A stretch of 64,000 nt of DNA from Lentisphaerota bacterium (GCA_016188985.1 JACPGM010000018.1:4736-68735), one strand, 5' to 3'. Shown: positions 1 through 8,719, counted from the first letter of the stretch. Made by a program: numbers and translations. The notes: a model not told the origin generated them from the letters alone.

Positions 1-376
1 AGGCGAGCCACTTGACCAGGTCGCTGATGGCGCCGCTGCCCACGGCCAGCAAGCCGTCGCCAGACGGTAACCGGGCAGAGAGCGTATCGCGAGTGAGGTC
101 GTCACAAACCGGGCGGCCCTCTGGCGTGTCCGGCACGATAAAGGTTTGGACCGTTAGGCCTGCGCGGTTCAAGACGGCGGCGCATTCGCGGCCGATCAGG
201 GGATAGGTGCGTTGATCGGCCACCAGGTTTATGCGTTTCCCGGCCAGATGCGCGGCCAGCAGCGCCGGCAATTGCTGAATGGCCTGTTCGGAATAAACGA
301 CCGCATGGATGGGAATGGAATGCTTTTTACCGCATTCGCACGCGAACGTTTGGCCGAGCAGTTCGGCGGGATTCAT
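1..376 (-). CDS. Fe-alcohol dehydrogenase / glycerol-1-phosphate dehydrogenase-like protein, N-terminal part (gene runs off the window start)
   Basis: Own translation from ATG (rc) at 376-374: MNPAELLGQTFACECGKKHSIPIHAVVYSEQAIQQLPALLAAHLAGKRINLVADQRTYPLIGRECAAVLNRAGLTVQTFIVPD...LLAVGSGAISDLVKWLA, open to position 1. Layout resembles the DHQS-like/Fe-ADH superfamily. Absent from the ORF track because there is no stop in the window. Confidence 0.4.
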   Translation of the reverse strand, partial: MNPAELLGQTFACECGKKHSIPIHAVVYSEQAIQQLPALLAAHLAGKRINLVADQRTYPLIGRECAAVLNRAGLTVQTFIVPDTPEGRPVCDDLTRDTLSARLPSGDGLLAVGSGAISDLVKWLA

Positions 377-388
377 GATTCAATGCCA

Positions 389-509
389 GGGAATTTTAAA
401 GTTCGGACTGGATTCCCGTTTTCACGGGAATGACAGAATGGATGCGTGCGTTTGTCATTCCCGACTTGATCGGGAATCCAGAATAGTTACGGCTTGGCAG
501 CCTAATTCA
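389..509 (+). repeat. Structured intergenic repeat, copy 1 of 2 (four alternating ATTCCC/GGGAAT segments)
   Basis: Aligns by eye with 40173-40330: shared AAAGTTCGGACTGGATTCCC..GGGAATGACAGA..GTCATTCCCGA..CGGGAATCCAGAATAGTT..GCCTAATTCA. Its 3' end overlaps the fba stop codon. Confidence 0.8.
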
Positions 510-1449
510 GTGTCCGGCGCACGGCTTCCAATTGGCCGGCGCTGCCCAGGTAGCGGCTCTTGGCGGCAATGTAGCCGGTGAATTCAGCCATGAACACCTT
601 GCCGGGCGGGCGCAAATCGAAGTTCTCGGGGTGTTCTTTAAGGTGTTCGCGATGGACGCGGCACCAGACCAGGCGGCCGTCAGTGTCAATGTTCACCTTG
701 ATCACGCCGAGTTTGGCCGCCTTGGCGAACTCGGTCGGGTCTACGCCGCGGGCATCTTTCAGTTTGCCGCCCGCGGCGTTGATCCGGTTCACTTCATCCT
801 TGGGCACGGAGCTGGAGCCGTGCATCACCAGCGGGAAGCCGGGCAGAAGTTTCTGGATGGCCGCAATAATCTCGAAGTGGATGCCCTGCTTGGCGGTGAA
901 CTTGTAAGCGCCGTGGCTGGTGCCGATGGCGCAGGCCAGGCTGTCGCAGCCGCTGCGCTTGACGAAATCCGCGGCCTGGTTGGGATCGGTCAGGTGCACG
1001 CGATCTTCGGCCACGGAGATATGCTCCTCAACCCCGCCTAACTGGCCCAGTTCGGCTTCGACCGCCACGCCTTTTTGGTGAGCGGCCGCAACCACGCGCC
1101 GGGTGATGGCGATATTTTCCTCATAGGGTTTCATGCTGGCGTCAATCATGACGGAGCTGTAGAAACCGCTCTGAATACAATCCATGGCTGTTTCCTCGTC
1201 GCCATGATCCAGATGCACGGCGAAAATGGCATCGGGAAAAATCTGATCGGCCGTGCGCAGCATGGCTTCCAACATGCGCTTATCGGCATAGGCGCGGGCG
1301 CCCTTGGAAATCTGGACGATAAACGGCGCCTGGCTTTCCAGGTTACCGCGGAACAGCCCGATGGTCTGTTCCATGTTGTTGATGTTGTAAGCGCCGATGG
1401 CGTAGTTACCGTAGGCGTGTTTGAACAAGACCTTGGGGTTGACGATCAT
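502..1449 (-). CDS. fba: Fructose-1,6-bisphosphate aldolase, class II
   Basis: ORF 502..1500. MIVNPKVLFKHAYGNYAIGAYNINNMEQ...VQISKGARAY...HLDHG...GTSHGAYKF...MHGSSSVP are class II FBA hallmarks. Start moved to ATG 1449 (GGGAG 5 nt upstream); the 17 codons upstream translate repeat DNA. Confidence 0.9.
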   Translation of the reverse strand: MIVNPKVLFKHAYGNYAIGAYNINNMEQTIGLFRGNLESQAPFIVQISKGARAYADKRMLEAMLRTADQIFPDAIFAVHLDHGDEETAMDCIQSGFYSSVMIDASMKPYEENIAITRRVVAAAHQKGVAVEAELGQLGGVEEHISVAEDRVHLTDPNQAADFVKRSGCDSLACAIGTSHGAYKFTAKQGIHFEIIAAIQKLLPGFPLVMHGSSSVPKDEVNRINAAGGKLKDARGVDPTEFAKAAKLGVIKVNIDTDGRLVWCRVHREHLKEHPENFDLRPPGKVFMAEFTGYIAAKSRYLGSAGQLEAVRRTLN

Positions 1450-1507
1450 TGCGCTCCCTTCCAGAAGGTTTAGCTCTGCTGCGCTGCGCGAATACAACAT
1501 GGTTTAA

Positions 1508-1621
1508 AGTTCACAGTTGCTGAGTTCTCCTCCAGAGGCGGATCCGCCTACGGCGGAACAGTTGATCGAATTTATTCTCCAATCCGCCAACTGCTGAACT
1601 GTGTACCTGGAACCGTGAACC
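1508..1621. repeat. Inverted GTGAAC-type heptad arms flanking a GGCGGATCCGCC palindrome
   Basis: Left arm AGTTCACAGTTGCTGAGTTC (1508-1527). Right arm GAACTGTGTACCTGGAACCGTGAACC (1596-1621). Centre: GGCGGATCCGCC at 1537-1548 followed by TACGGCGGAA. Confidence 0.7.
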
Positions 1622-1677
1622 AAGCTGCGAATGCATCTATAGCGCTTTTCCCCCGGCCGTCAATCTTTTTGTAATGG

Positions 1678-1847
1678 GTCAGTTATAGGGGGGAAGTATG
1701 AATACGGCTGTGCCGGCTGCGAGGCTTAGCCGACACCGCCGAGATTCCTCGCTAACGCTCGGAATGACCGTGTCTGCGTGTCATGTCGAGCGAAGTCGAG
1801 ACATCTCACTTCAGTGGTATACTTCTGGTTGCCCCCCAATAACTGAC
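1678..1847. repeat. 170-bp element bounded by about 22-bp inverted repeats (MITE-like)
   Basis: GTCAGTTATAGGGGGGAAGTAT (1678-1699) versus the reverse complement of 1819-1847, GTCAGTTATTGGGGGGCAACCAGAAGTAT. The core contains hairpins GATTCCTCGCTAACGCTCGGAATGAC and GTCATGTCGAGCGAAGTCGAGACATCTC. Confidence 0.6.
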
Positions 1848-1931
1848 GCACTACATCTTTTTTAACATTTTGCTTGCTAAGTTCCAGGCATATAATCATA
1901 ATATGCTCCGAAAGCGAGGGGTGTATCGTAA

Positions 1932-2390
1932 ATGAACGATAGCCTGGCCAACGAGCAGGTAACCACCGAGGATATTGTCTTTGAATGCAATGCCTGCGGC
2001 CAAAGCCTGGTAATTAATGCCTTGGGCGCGGGCTTGGCGGTGGTTTGTCCGGCCTGTGGCGGCGAACTCCAGGTCCCGGAGACCCGGGGGGCGGATGGCG
2101 GCCTGAACGGGGCTGCTTTTACCGATGGCAACGGGAAAATTGAGCGGGAACTGCCGGAGATTTCCGAGTTGCTGGCTGATGCACGCACGCAGATTGATAC
2201 GCTCAGGCTGGAGATAGATGAATTGCAGGTCCGCCGTCAGTTTCTGGAGAAGCGTTATAGCCGCACGTCCCAGGGTCTGCAGGCGCTCCGGCGGGAGCTG
2301 AGCGCGATCCGCAAAGCGTTTGACCAGGTGGATGCCACGCTCAAGACCCTGGAAGAGTCGCCCGCCGGCGATACTCAGCCGATTGCCTGA
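1932..2390 (+). CDS. Hypothetical zinc-ribbon plus coiled-coil protein
   Basis: CNACG..17 aa..CPACG pair, then a heptad-like helical segment (LRLEIDELQVRRQFLEKRY). ATG is preceded by GAGGGG. No family recognised. Confidence 0.55.
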   Translation: MNDSLANEQVTTEDIVFECNACGQSLVINALGAGLAVVCPACGGELQVPETRGADGGLNGAAFTDGNGKIERELPEISELLADARTQIDTLRLEIDELQVRRQFLEKRYSRTSQGLQALRRELSAIRKAFDQVDATLKTLEESPAGDTQPIA

Positions 2391-2396
2391 GGCGGA

Positions 2397-2455
2397 CCGG
2401 AGAAGACGGACGCCAGACGACGGACGACAGCCCGGAGAAGACAGACGACGGAGAG
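2397..2455 (+). repeat. GACGRMS heptad array with CCGGAGAAGAC cap, 7 nt after a stop codon
   Basis: CCGGAGAAGACGGACGCCAGACGACGGACGACAGCCCGGAGAAGACAGACGACGGAGAG. Same motif as in 17726-17873, 25706-25750 and inside the secretin gene. Confidence 0.8.
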
Positions 2456-2472
2456 CGGCCTGGTTGCTCCGC

Positions 2473-2567
2473 GGTAGGGACGGCTCGCCGAGCCGTCCGC
2501 GGCGCTCTCGGCGAGAGCGCCCTACCAAAATTCCTCCGCCTTATGCGGATCCGCTCAAGGCGGAAAA
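2473..2567. repeat. Clamped double hairpin plus GCGGATCCGC palindrome between convergent genes (possible bidirectional terminator region)
   Basis: GGTAGGG..CCCTACC clamp (2473-2526) encloses two 21-nt palindromes, GGACGGCTCGCCGAGCCGTCC and GGCGCTCTCGGCGAGAGCGCC. Then TCCGCC-TTAT-GCGGATCCGC-TCAA-GGCGGA (2532-2567). Confidence 0.6.
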
Positions 2568-2611
2568 TATTTTTAGCGAAAGCTTTGGCTGACCGCTGAT
2601 TTCTACATTCT

Positions 2612-3694
2612 TTATTCGGCATTTCTCAAGAGCGGCGTGAGGCAGGTCTTGAGTTCGGCGCTCAAGTCGCGCTGCCGGTAGCGCTCCAGGCGCTGACGCT
2701 CTCCGGCGAGCACGGCTTCCCGCAGTGGTCCTGGCCGGACAAGCTGGCCCATCATCTCGGCGATTTCCTCCCATTTTTTTTCGCGCACCAGCACGCCGGC
2801 GCCGGAAAGAGTTTCCGGCACGGCCCCGGCGGCATAGGCCAGGATCGGCAGGTCGTGGGCCATGCTTTCGATGAGCGGAATACAGAATCCCTCATGTTCG
2901 CTCATACACAGGAACAGGTGCGCCCCCTGGTAATAGGCGCTCAACTCGTTCTGCGTCACGGTGCCGCTAAAGACAACCGGGTCGAGGCGCAGCCGGGCGG
3001 CATAAGCGCTCAGCAGGGCCTGGTAACGCTCAAGGCCCGTGAATGAGCCGACGTGAATGAACCGCGCGGCGCTCTCAACGAATTTCTGGAAATAGAAGAA
3101 GGCCAGGAGCGCATCTTCAATGCGCTTGTTGGGCACACAGCGGCCGACAAAGAGGATATTAATCCGGCCGTCGCGGAGCCCGCGCAGCACGCGGGAGTCG
3201 GGACGCGCGCCGATGGCCCTGAAATCCAGCACCAGCGGCACGACGCGCACGTCGGCATATCCCAGCGCGGTCAGCTCCGCGGCATTAAAAGAACTGACCG
3301 CCAGGTTGACCGCGGCCGTTTTAGCCAGTGAACGGGTCTGTTCCCGGCCCCAGGCCAGTTCGTGGACGAGCTCTTCCTGCAGGCCCCGGAAAAAGTGAGC
3401 GGGGGTAATATTGTGATAGCGCAGGGCCTTGCGGCAATTCAAGCCCTCAAAGATGTCGTTCACCCTCGAGCCGATTGAAAGGTGCAGCAAAGCAATATCA
3501 GCGGGACCGATTGAGCCGGGGGCCTCCGTGGCGGCACGGGCCTCAGCGCGCAAGTCAGGGCTGGTGTGATTGGGCTCGCAAAAAATTTCGGAGACATAAC
3601 CCCATCTTCGGAATAGGGCGCGCAGCTCCAGCGCCTCGTTACTGATGGCATCGGCGGGAGTGAACCCGGCCACAAGCTGATGAATGGCTTTCAT
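2612..3694 (-). CDS. Glycosyltransferase, GT4 (group 1) family
   Basis: FVGRCVPNKRIEDAL...LFLCMSEHEGFCIPLIESMAHDLPILAYAAGAVPETL is a typical GT-B E-x7-E region. Start overlaps the upstream GT stop (ATGA at 3691-3694). Confidence 0.85.
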   Translation of the reverse strand: MKAIHQLVAGFTPADAISNEALELRALFRRWGYVSEIFCEPNHTSPDLRAEARAATEAPGSIGPADIALLHLSIGSRVNDIFEGLNCRKALRYHNITPAHFFRGLQEELVHELAWGREQTRSLAKTAAVNLAVSSFNAAELTALGYADVRVVPLVLDFRAIGARPDSRVLRGLRDGRINILFVGRCVPNKRIEDALLAFFYFQKFVESAARFIHVGSFTGLERYQALLSAYAARLRLDPVVFSGTVTQNELSAYYQGAHLFLCMSEHEGFCIPLIESMAHDLPILAYAAGAVPETLSGAGVLVREKKWEEIAEMMGQLVRPGPLREAVLAGERQRLERYRQRDLSAELKTCLTPLLRNAE

Positions 3695-4890
3695 GTTCGG
3701 CGTTGGGCGAACTGCCGCAGGGCGTCCTGAAATTTGCGCTCAATGATTTCCCAGGCATATTCGCGCAGCACATAGGCTCTCCCGGCCTTGCCCAGGGCGC
3801 GGCGCAGACTTTCCTGTTGCAGGAGCGTGAGGAGCGCTTCCTCGAACTCCGGGTACACGCTGAACCATAATCCGCCGTTGCTCTTGCGGCAATGATCCAG
3901 GTTGACGGCGCAGCGGGCCGAGACCAGCACCGGCGTGCGGGCCAACCAGGATTCCAGAATGACAATGCCGAAACTTTCGTTGACCGATGGATGGCAGAAC
4001 GCCACGGCGCCGGCCAAGGCCTCGTGTTTCTCCACTTCCGAGAGAAAGCCGGCATCCAACACGTGCCCGTGCAACTCTGCCGGCGGCGAGAACTCGCCGC
4101 TGCCGGCCAGAACCAGTTTGAGGTCTTTTCCGGTGCGGCGCCGGAACAGGGTTATGTAATCCAGGAGCAACGGGGTGGCTTTGCCCTCTTCGCGCCGCCC
4201 GGCGTAAATCACGTAGGGCGCCACAAGACCGCGCTTGCGGGCGAAGGCGTCGGCGGAAGCCTCGAACGGATCGAGGCCCATGCCAACCACGGTGCAGACC
4301 TCGCCGGGCAGGTTATACAGGGCGCGGGCCAACGCGCATTCCGGCGCGGCATTAAACAGGCAACCGGCCACGCTCCGGAACATGTCGCGGATGGCGCGGG
4401 TATAAGCAAATCCTTCATCGTGCAGGCAGGGGACCAGGAGCGTTTTGGCCGGGTGCACCTGGCTGGCGAAATAGGTGAGCCCAAACAGATAAGGGCCCAT
4501 GATGATCCAATCGAATTCAGCGCTTTTGGCGGACAAATAATCGCACAAGGCGCGGCTGTTAACGCTGTTCTTCAGCCAGATCGTCTCGTCGGCGGCGGTA
4601 AAAAATGATTTGCGGCTGATGGCCGCCTGCGCGCGCAGGAACGCGGCAACGTCGCGGTCGGCATCCACGGGGAAAAAGATGACGTCCAACGCGCCGATCC
4701 GGCGTTGGCCCGGCGGGAGCTCATTGGCCCAGGTAAAATGATTTTGGGCGCAGGTGGTCAGGAAGGTTACGCGGTTACCGGCCGCGGCGGCGCGCTGGGC
4801 CATGGCCTTGAGGAGCGTTTCCACGCCTCCGACCGTGGCGCCTTCGGCAAACCGCGGGCAAACGAAGGCTATGCGTTCGGCTCGCGGCAT
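3691..4890 (-). CDS. Glycosyltransferase, GT4 (group 1) family
   Basis: FVCPRF..GGVETLL N-terminus and FCHPSVNESFGIVILESWLARTPVLVS C-terminal motif. Confidence 0.85.
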   Translation of the reverse strand: MPRAERIAFVCPRFAEGATVGGVETLLKAMAQRAAAAGNRVTFLTTCAQNHFTWANELPPGQRRIGALDVIFFPVDADRDVAAFLRAQAAISRKSFFTAADETIWLKNSVNSRALCDYLSAKSAEFDWIIMGPYLFGLTYFASQVHPAKTLLVPCLHDEGFAYTRAIRDMFRSVAGCLFNAAPECALARALYNLPGEVCTVVGMGLDPFEASADAFARKRGLVAPYVIYAGRREEGKATPLLLDYITLFRRRTGKDLKLVLAGSGEFSPPAELHGHVLDAGFLSEVEKHEALAGAVAFCHPSVNESFGIVILESWLARTPVLVSARCAVNLDHCRKSNGGLWFSVYPEFEEALLTLLQQESLRRALGKAGRAYVLREYAWEIIERKFQDALRQFAQRRT

Positions 4891-5339
4891 GGTTCAGCCT
4901 TTTTCTCTTCGAGGGCCGCCAGGCGGCGTTCGCAGTCGCGAAGGCCCTTACTGTATTTTTCCTCCAAGCCCTCGATGGTTGTGACCAGCAGGCTGTTGAC
5001 CTGGTTCTGCTGCGACCAGAGCCGATAGGTGTAGAACTTGAGCAGCTTCCAGATAATTTGCTTGAGGCCGACCAGGATTCCGGCGCCGAGCCGGCGCCGT
5101 TCGCGAATTGCAAAATCGTTAATGTCAACGGCCGCGGCTTGGCGCAGGCAACCCAGGTAATAGCGCATGAAGGCTTGGTCGTCCCGGAGGTTGGCCAGGT
5201 TGTGCCGCTCGGCCCGGGCAATCTGGGTATCGCGGTAGACTCCGCCGGCCATCTTGCGCGCGACCGCTTTCTGGATGTCGGCCATGAGCCGTTCGACATC
5301 CACGCCCGGCGCGCTAACTTGGAATAAAGGTTCGGTCAT
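4869..5339 (-). CDS. Hypothetical protein co-transcribed with the glycosyltransferases
   Basis: ORF 4869..5372. Start moved to ATG 5339 (MTEPLFQV...) because the first 11 codons translate the GTGAACC array. Overlaps the next gene by 22 nt. No family recognised. Confidence 0.5.
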   Translation of the reverse strand: MTEPLFQVSAPGVDVERLMADIQKAVARKMAGGVYRDTQIARAERHNLANLRDDQAFMRYYLGCLRQAAAVDINDFAIRERRRLGAGILVGLKQIIWKLLKFYTYRLWSQQNQVNSLLVTTIEGLEEKYSKGLRDCERRLAALEEKKAEPCREPNA

Positions 5340-5344
5340 AGATA

Positions 5345-5558
5345 GTTCACGGTTTAAGGGTTCACGGTTCAATGGTTGGAAGACACAGCCGGTTGTGCAA
5401 AATAAGGCATCCAGATAGAGTATTTGCCAGTTTGTAGCTTGTGGCCATTCATAAACCGCTCCAGTAACTATGAACCGTTGAACCCGCCGTCGCTCGTTGA
5501 CCTATGGCGGGCAGGCCGCGAACTGTGAACCGCTGAACTGTGAACTGTGAACCCAACC
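5345..5558. repeat. Inverted GTGAACY heptad arrays forming a long interrupted hairpin
   Basis: Left: GTTCACGGTTTAAGGGTTCACGGTTCAATGGTTGG (5345-5379). Right: TGAACCGTTGAACCC (5471-5485) and GAACTGTGAACCGCTGAACTGTGAACTGTGAACCCAACC (5520-5558). Confidence 0.8.
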
Positions 5559-5573
5559 AGTCTTGTCGTTAGG

Positions 5574-6125
5574 TTAGAAATGATAGTTCAGCCAGAGGCC
5601 GTATTCGAGCTCCTTGGGCTTGAAATCGCCGATGTTGCTCCACTTTTCCAGGACGTAATACGCGAGGGCGTCCACTGAAAATTTTTTGCCCAGCGGCAGG
5701 CTAAGGCCCAGCATCAGTTGCCAATAGGGGTCGAGCCAATCGTCTTCGTCGGAGTCGCCGCGGATATAACTGGTCAGAAGCCCGACGCCGCCGCGGAACG
5801 CGCGGTCCTTGATGATCAAATTAACCTGGGGCGTGATGACAAAATCAATTTGGTTGGTATTGGACTCGTCGCGCGCGCCGGAAACATCCGGCGCCAAATC
5901 AGCGCCGAGCTGCAGCCCGATATGCTCCTGGGCGAAGGTATAGGCCAGGGCATAGGACAGGTCGGCATTGCCGAACGGCAGGTTGGTGAAGACCGAGTTT
6001 TCGGTGTGATAGCGGCCGCCCAGGTTCAGGCTGTGCGGGCTTTCAGCCGGCGCCGGTTGCCCGGCCAGCGCCACAAGAGCGCTCAGCAGGGGAAGCGCGC
6101 CTTTGATTTTTTTTGTGGTCAGCAT
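5574..6125 (-). CDS. Small outer-membrane beta-barrel protein (OmpW/porin-like)
   Basis: Signal peptide MLTTKKIKGALPLLSALVALAGQPAPA, alternating amphipathic strands, C-terminal aromatic YGLWLNYHF. Confidence 0.6.
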   Translation of the reverse strand: MLTTKKIKGALPLLSALVALAGQPAPAESPHSLNLGGRYHTENSVFTNLPFGNADLSYALAYTFAQEHIGLQLGADLAPDVSGARDESNTNQIDFVITPQVNLIIKDRAFRGGVGLLTSYIRGDSDEDDWLDPYWQLMLGLSLPLGKKFSVDALAYYVLEKWSNIGDFKPKELEYGLWLNYHF

Positions 6126-6143
6126 GAATGTTTCCTCAGGGTG

Positions 6144-7211
6144 TTATCCGTACTCCTTGGCGTTCTGGGGGAGGCCCAAGAGGACGGGTTTAGCGGGGAG
6201 TTTCGCGCGCAGTTGCGCCAGTTCATCAGCGCCGGAAGTCAACGGCAAGGCCACCTGGCCGCCTTCGATCACACTACGGCAAAGCGCCATCATTATTTCA
6301 AAGCCCTGGTAGGCGCTCTGAAAATTACAGGGATGAACCTTGCGTTCATCATCCAGCCAGTCGGCGATCTCAAGGATATAGCCCGGCATATCAAGCTCGT
6401 AATTCATGCAGCCGGCGCCCGATTGCGCTCCGTTTTTGGTGACGGCGCGCCAGCCGCCGCCGGTCAGCACTTCAGCAAATCCCTCCGTGCCCAAGGCGCC
6501 CAGGCGGCACTTGCGCCACCAGTAATCCACTTCCGGCACGTCTGGCGCGCCGGCGCCGCATTCGACGATGCCGCGGACGCCGTTGGCAAAATGAATGAAC
6601 CCGGCGATATAATCCGGCGACGGATGCGCGTCGGCGAGCTTGCCGCGGCCGGCGGCCTGGGCCATAACCCAGCAGGCCTCGACATTGCCATTAAACCAGC
6701 GCAGGTAATCAATCAAGTGGCTGAGCATGTGCATCAGCCAGCCGGTGGCGGTGCCGTAGACGGTATGCACGCGGCCCAGCGCGCCGCTGGCGATAATTTC
6801 CTGCGCTTTGCGGTAATGCGCGCCATAACGGTGCTGGTGGCTGATGACGGCTTTAATGCCGGAAGCATCCAGTAGTTTTTTGATTTCCAGGCCTTCGGCG
6901 CTGGTGAGCGCCAGGGGTTTCTCGAAGGCGATCAAGCGGGCGCCGCTCTCGATTCCCAGGCGGATCAGGGGCAAGCGCACCTTAGGCAGGGTGCAGAAGC
7001 AGAACACATCCAGTTTAATACCGCGGATCATGGCCTGGGCATCGGTGAATACGGGAATGGCGCCCAGTTTGGCCGTGGCGGCCGTCAAACGCGCCGGATC
7101 CACGTCGCAGAGACCGGCGAGTTCAAAGCGCGGATTGGCTTTAAAGGTGACCGCGTGCGACAAGCCGCGCTTGCCCAGGCCGACGATACCAACGCGATAA
7201 GTGGCCGGCAT
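6144..7211 (-). CDS. Gfo/Idh/MocA family NAD(P)-dependent oxidoreductase
   Basis: N-terminal Rossmann motif YRVGIVGLGKRGLSHAVTF...LCDVD and EKPLA motif. Confidence 0.85.
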   Translation of the reverse strand: MPATYRVGIVGLGKRGLSHAVTFKANPRFELAGLCDVDPARLTAATAKLGAIPVFTDAQAMIRGIKLDVFCFCTLPKVRLPLIRLGIESGARLIAFEKPLALTSAEGLEIKKLLDASGIKAVISHQHRYGAHYRKAQEIIASGALGRVHTVYGTATGWLMHMLSHLIDYLRWFNGNVEACWVMAQAAGRGKLADAHPSPDYIAGFIHFANGVRGIVECGAGAPDVPEVDYWWRKCRLGALGTEGFAEVLTGGGWRAVTKNGAQSGAGCMNYELDMPGYILEIADWLDDERKVHPCNFQSAYQGFEIMMALCRSVIEGGQVALPLTSGADELAQLRAKLPAKPVLLGLPQNAKEYG

Positions 7212-7506
7212 GATTATCTCCTGAATTTACCGTCTCTCTCCCGGCAATGTGATCGAATTCGGTTCGAAAAGGCGGCGGCGATTCCGGCTCATCTGCGCCG
7301 TTGCCGTGCTCGCGCATACACGAGTATAGCGCTTCGCGCGGCGCCGGCGCATCTGGGCCGGACTTGCCTTGCTTTTTCGAATCCGCCTCTGGCGGAAACC
7401 GAATTCGACACACGGTAGCATCCGCCTTCGCCCTTCGACTGTGCTCGGGGCTACGGCGGATAAATCGCTGTCGCGGAAATCACCTATTTCTGGTTCCCCA
7501 GCCGAA

Positions 7507-7591
7507 TTCTCCGGTCCGTCGTCTGTCGTCCCACTTCGCCCCTTCGACTTCGCTCAGGGCTTCGCAGGGCAAGCCGCCGTCTGTCGTCCGC
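7507..7591 (-). repeat. CGTC-type heptad arrays (GACG in the sense of the minus-strand upstream gene), 6 nt from the DegT stop
   Basis: TTCTCCGGTCCGTCGTCTGTCGTCCC (7507-7532) and CCGCCGTCTGTCGTCCGC (7574-7591). Between them is CTTCGCCCCTTCGACTTCGCTCAGGGCTTCGCAGGGCAAGC, similar to 15379-15410 and 23507-23540. Confidence 0.75.
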
Positions 7592-7597
7592 TTTTTG

Positions 7598-8719
7598 TCA
7601 GGCGCGGCGGTCCCATTCCAGGACTTTTTGAATAACGTAATCAACTTCCGCGGCGGTCAATTCCGGGAACATGGGCAGCGAGACGCAGGTGGCGGCGTTG
7701 CGCTCGGCATTGGTCAGCGCGCCGACGATCCGCGCGCGCTTGCCCCAGGGATACCCGGACTGCTGGTGGATGGCGATGGGATAATGGCATTTGGCGTCAA
7801 TGCCATTGTCAACCAGGAACTTGAGCAGCGCCTCGCGCTCTTGCGGAGTGCCGGTTTCGATAACGTAGAGGTGGTAGACATGCCGGAAACCGGGGGTTTC
7901 ATAGGGAAGCGTAAGATGCCTGGCCGACTGCAAACCGGCGGTATAACGCTGGGCCCATTGCCGCCGCAAGTTGTTACCCTCATCGAGGGCCTTGAGTTTG
8001 GCGCTTAACACTCCGGCGTGCAGGTCGTCCAGCCGGCTGTTGAACCCGTAGCTGTGCATGGAGCGCTTCTCGGAGCCGTGATTGCGCAGCCGGCGGATAG
8101 CGCGGTCCACGTCGGCGCGATTGGTCAGGACGGCGCCGCCGTCGCCGTAAGTTCCCAGATTTTTCTGGATAATGAAGCTGATGGAAACGGCGTCGCTCAA
8201 TTCGCCGATTTTGAAGTTTTTGCCGGCGGCGCCGAAGGCTTGGGCGTTGTCTTCGATAACCAGCAGGCGGTGTTTCTCGGCAATCTTGCGGATAGCCGGC
8301 ATATCGGCGCACTGGCCATAGAGATGGACCGGGATAATGGCTTTAGTCTTGCTGGTGACGGCCGCCTCGATTTTCGAAGGGTCCAGGCATTTCGTGCGCG
8401 GGTCGCAATCCACAAACACGGCTGTGGCCCCGGCAATCCAGACGGCCTCCGCGGTGGCAAAGAACGTATTAGGGTGGGTGATGCATTCATCGTCCGGGCC
8501 GATTCCGAGGGCCATCAATGCCAGCCAGATAGCATCGGTGCCGTTGCCGACGCCGATGGCGTGTTGCATGAGGGCGTAGCTCGCCAGCTCGCCCTCAAAG
8601 CGCTTCAGCATGGGGCCCATGACATATTCGCCGCTATCCAGCACGGCTTGGATATTGGCGTCAATTTCCTTCTTCAGGTTATGATATTGGCGCACGTGGC
8701 CATAAAAACCGACTTGCAT
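7598..8719 (-). CDS. DegT/DnrJ/EryC1/StrS family sugar aminotransferase (PLP-dependent)
   Basis: GEYVMGPMLKRFEGELASY...GVGNGTDAIWLAL...PNTFFATAEAV...SFIIQKNLG (Lys-containing) pattern. Confidence 0.9.
   Translation of the reverse strand: MQVGFYGHVRQYHNLKKEIDANIQAVLDSGEYVMGPMLKRFEGELASYALMQHAIGVGNGTDAIWLALMALGIGPDDECITHPNTFFATAEAVWIAGATAVFVDCDPRTKCLDPSKIEAAVTSKTKAIIPVHLYGQCADMPAIRKIAEKHRLLVIEDNAQAFGAAGKNFKIGELSDAVSISFIIQKNLGTYGDGGAVLTNRADVDRAIRRLRNHGSEKRSMHSYGFNSRLDDLHAGVLSAKLKALDEGNNLRRQWAQRYTAGLQSARHLTLPYETPGFRHVYHLYVIETGTPQEREALLKFLVDNGIDAKCHYPIAIHQQSGYPWGKRARIVGALTNAERNAATCVSLPMFPELTAAEVDYVIQKVLEWDRRA

Noticed and set aside
5718-6875. 385-aa plus-strand ORF
   Set aside because: It is antisense to two genes with clear family signatures (outer membrane protein, Gfo/Idh/MocA). 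Its composition is the Ala/Gly/Arg-rich shadow typical of high-GC antisense frames.
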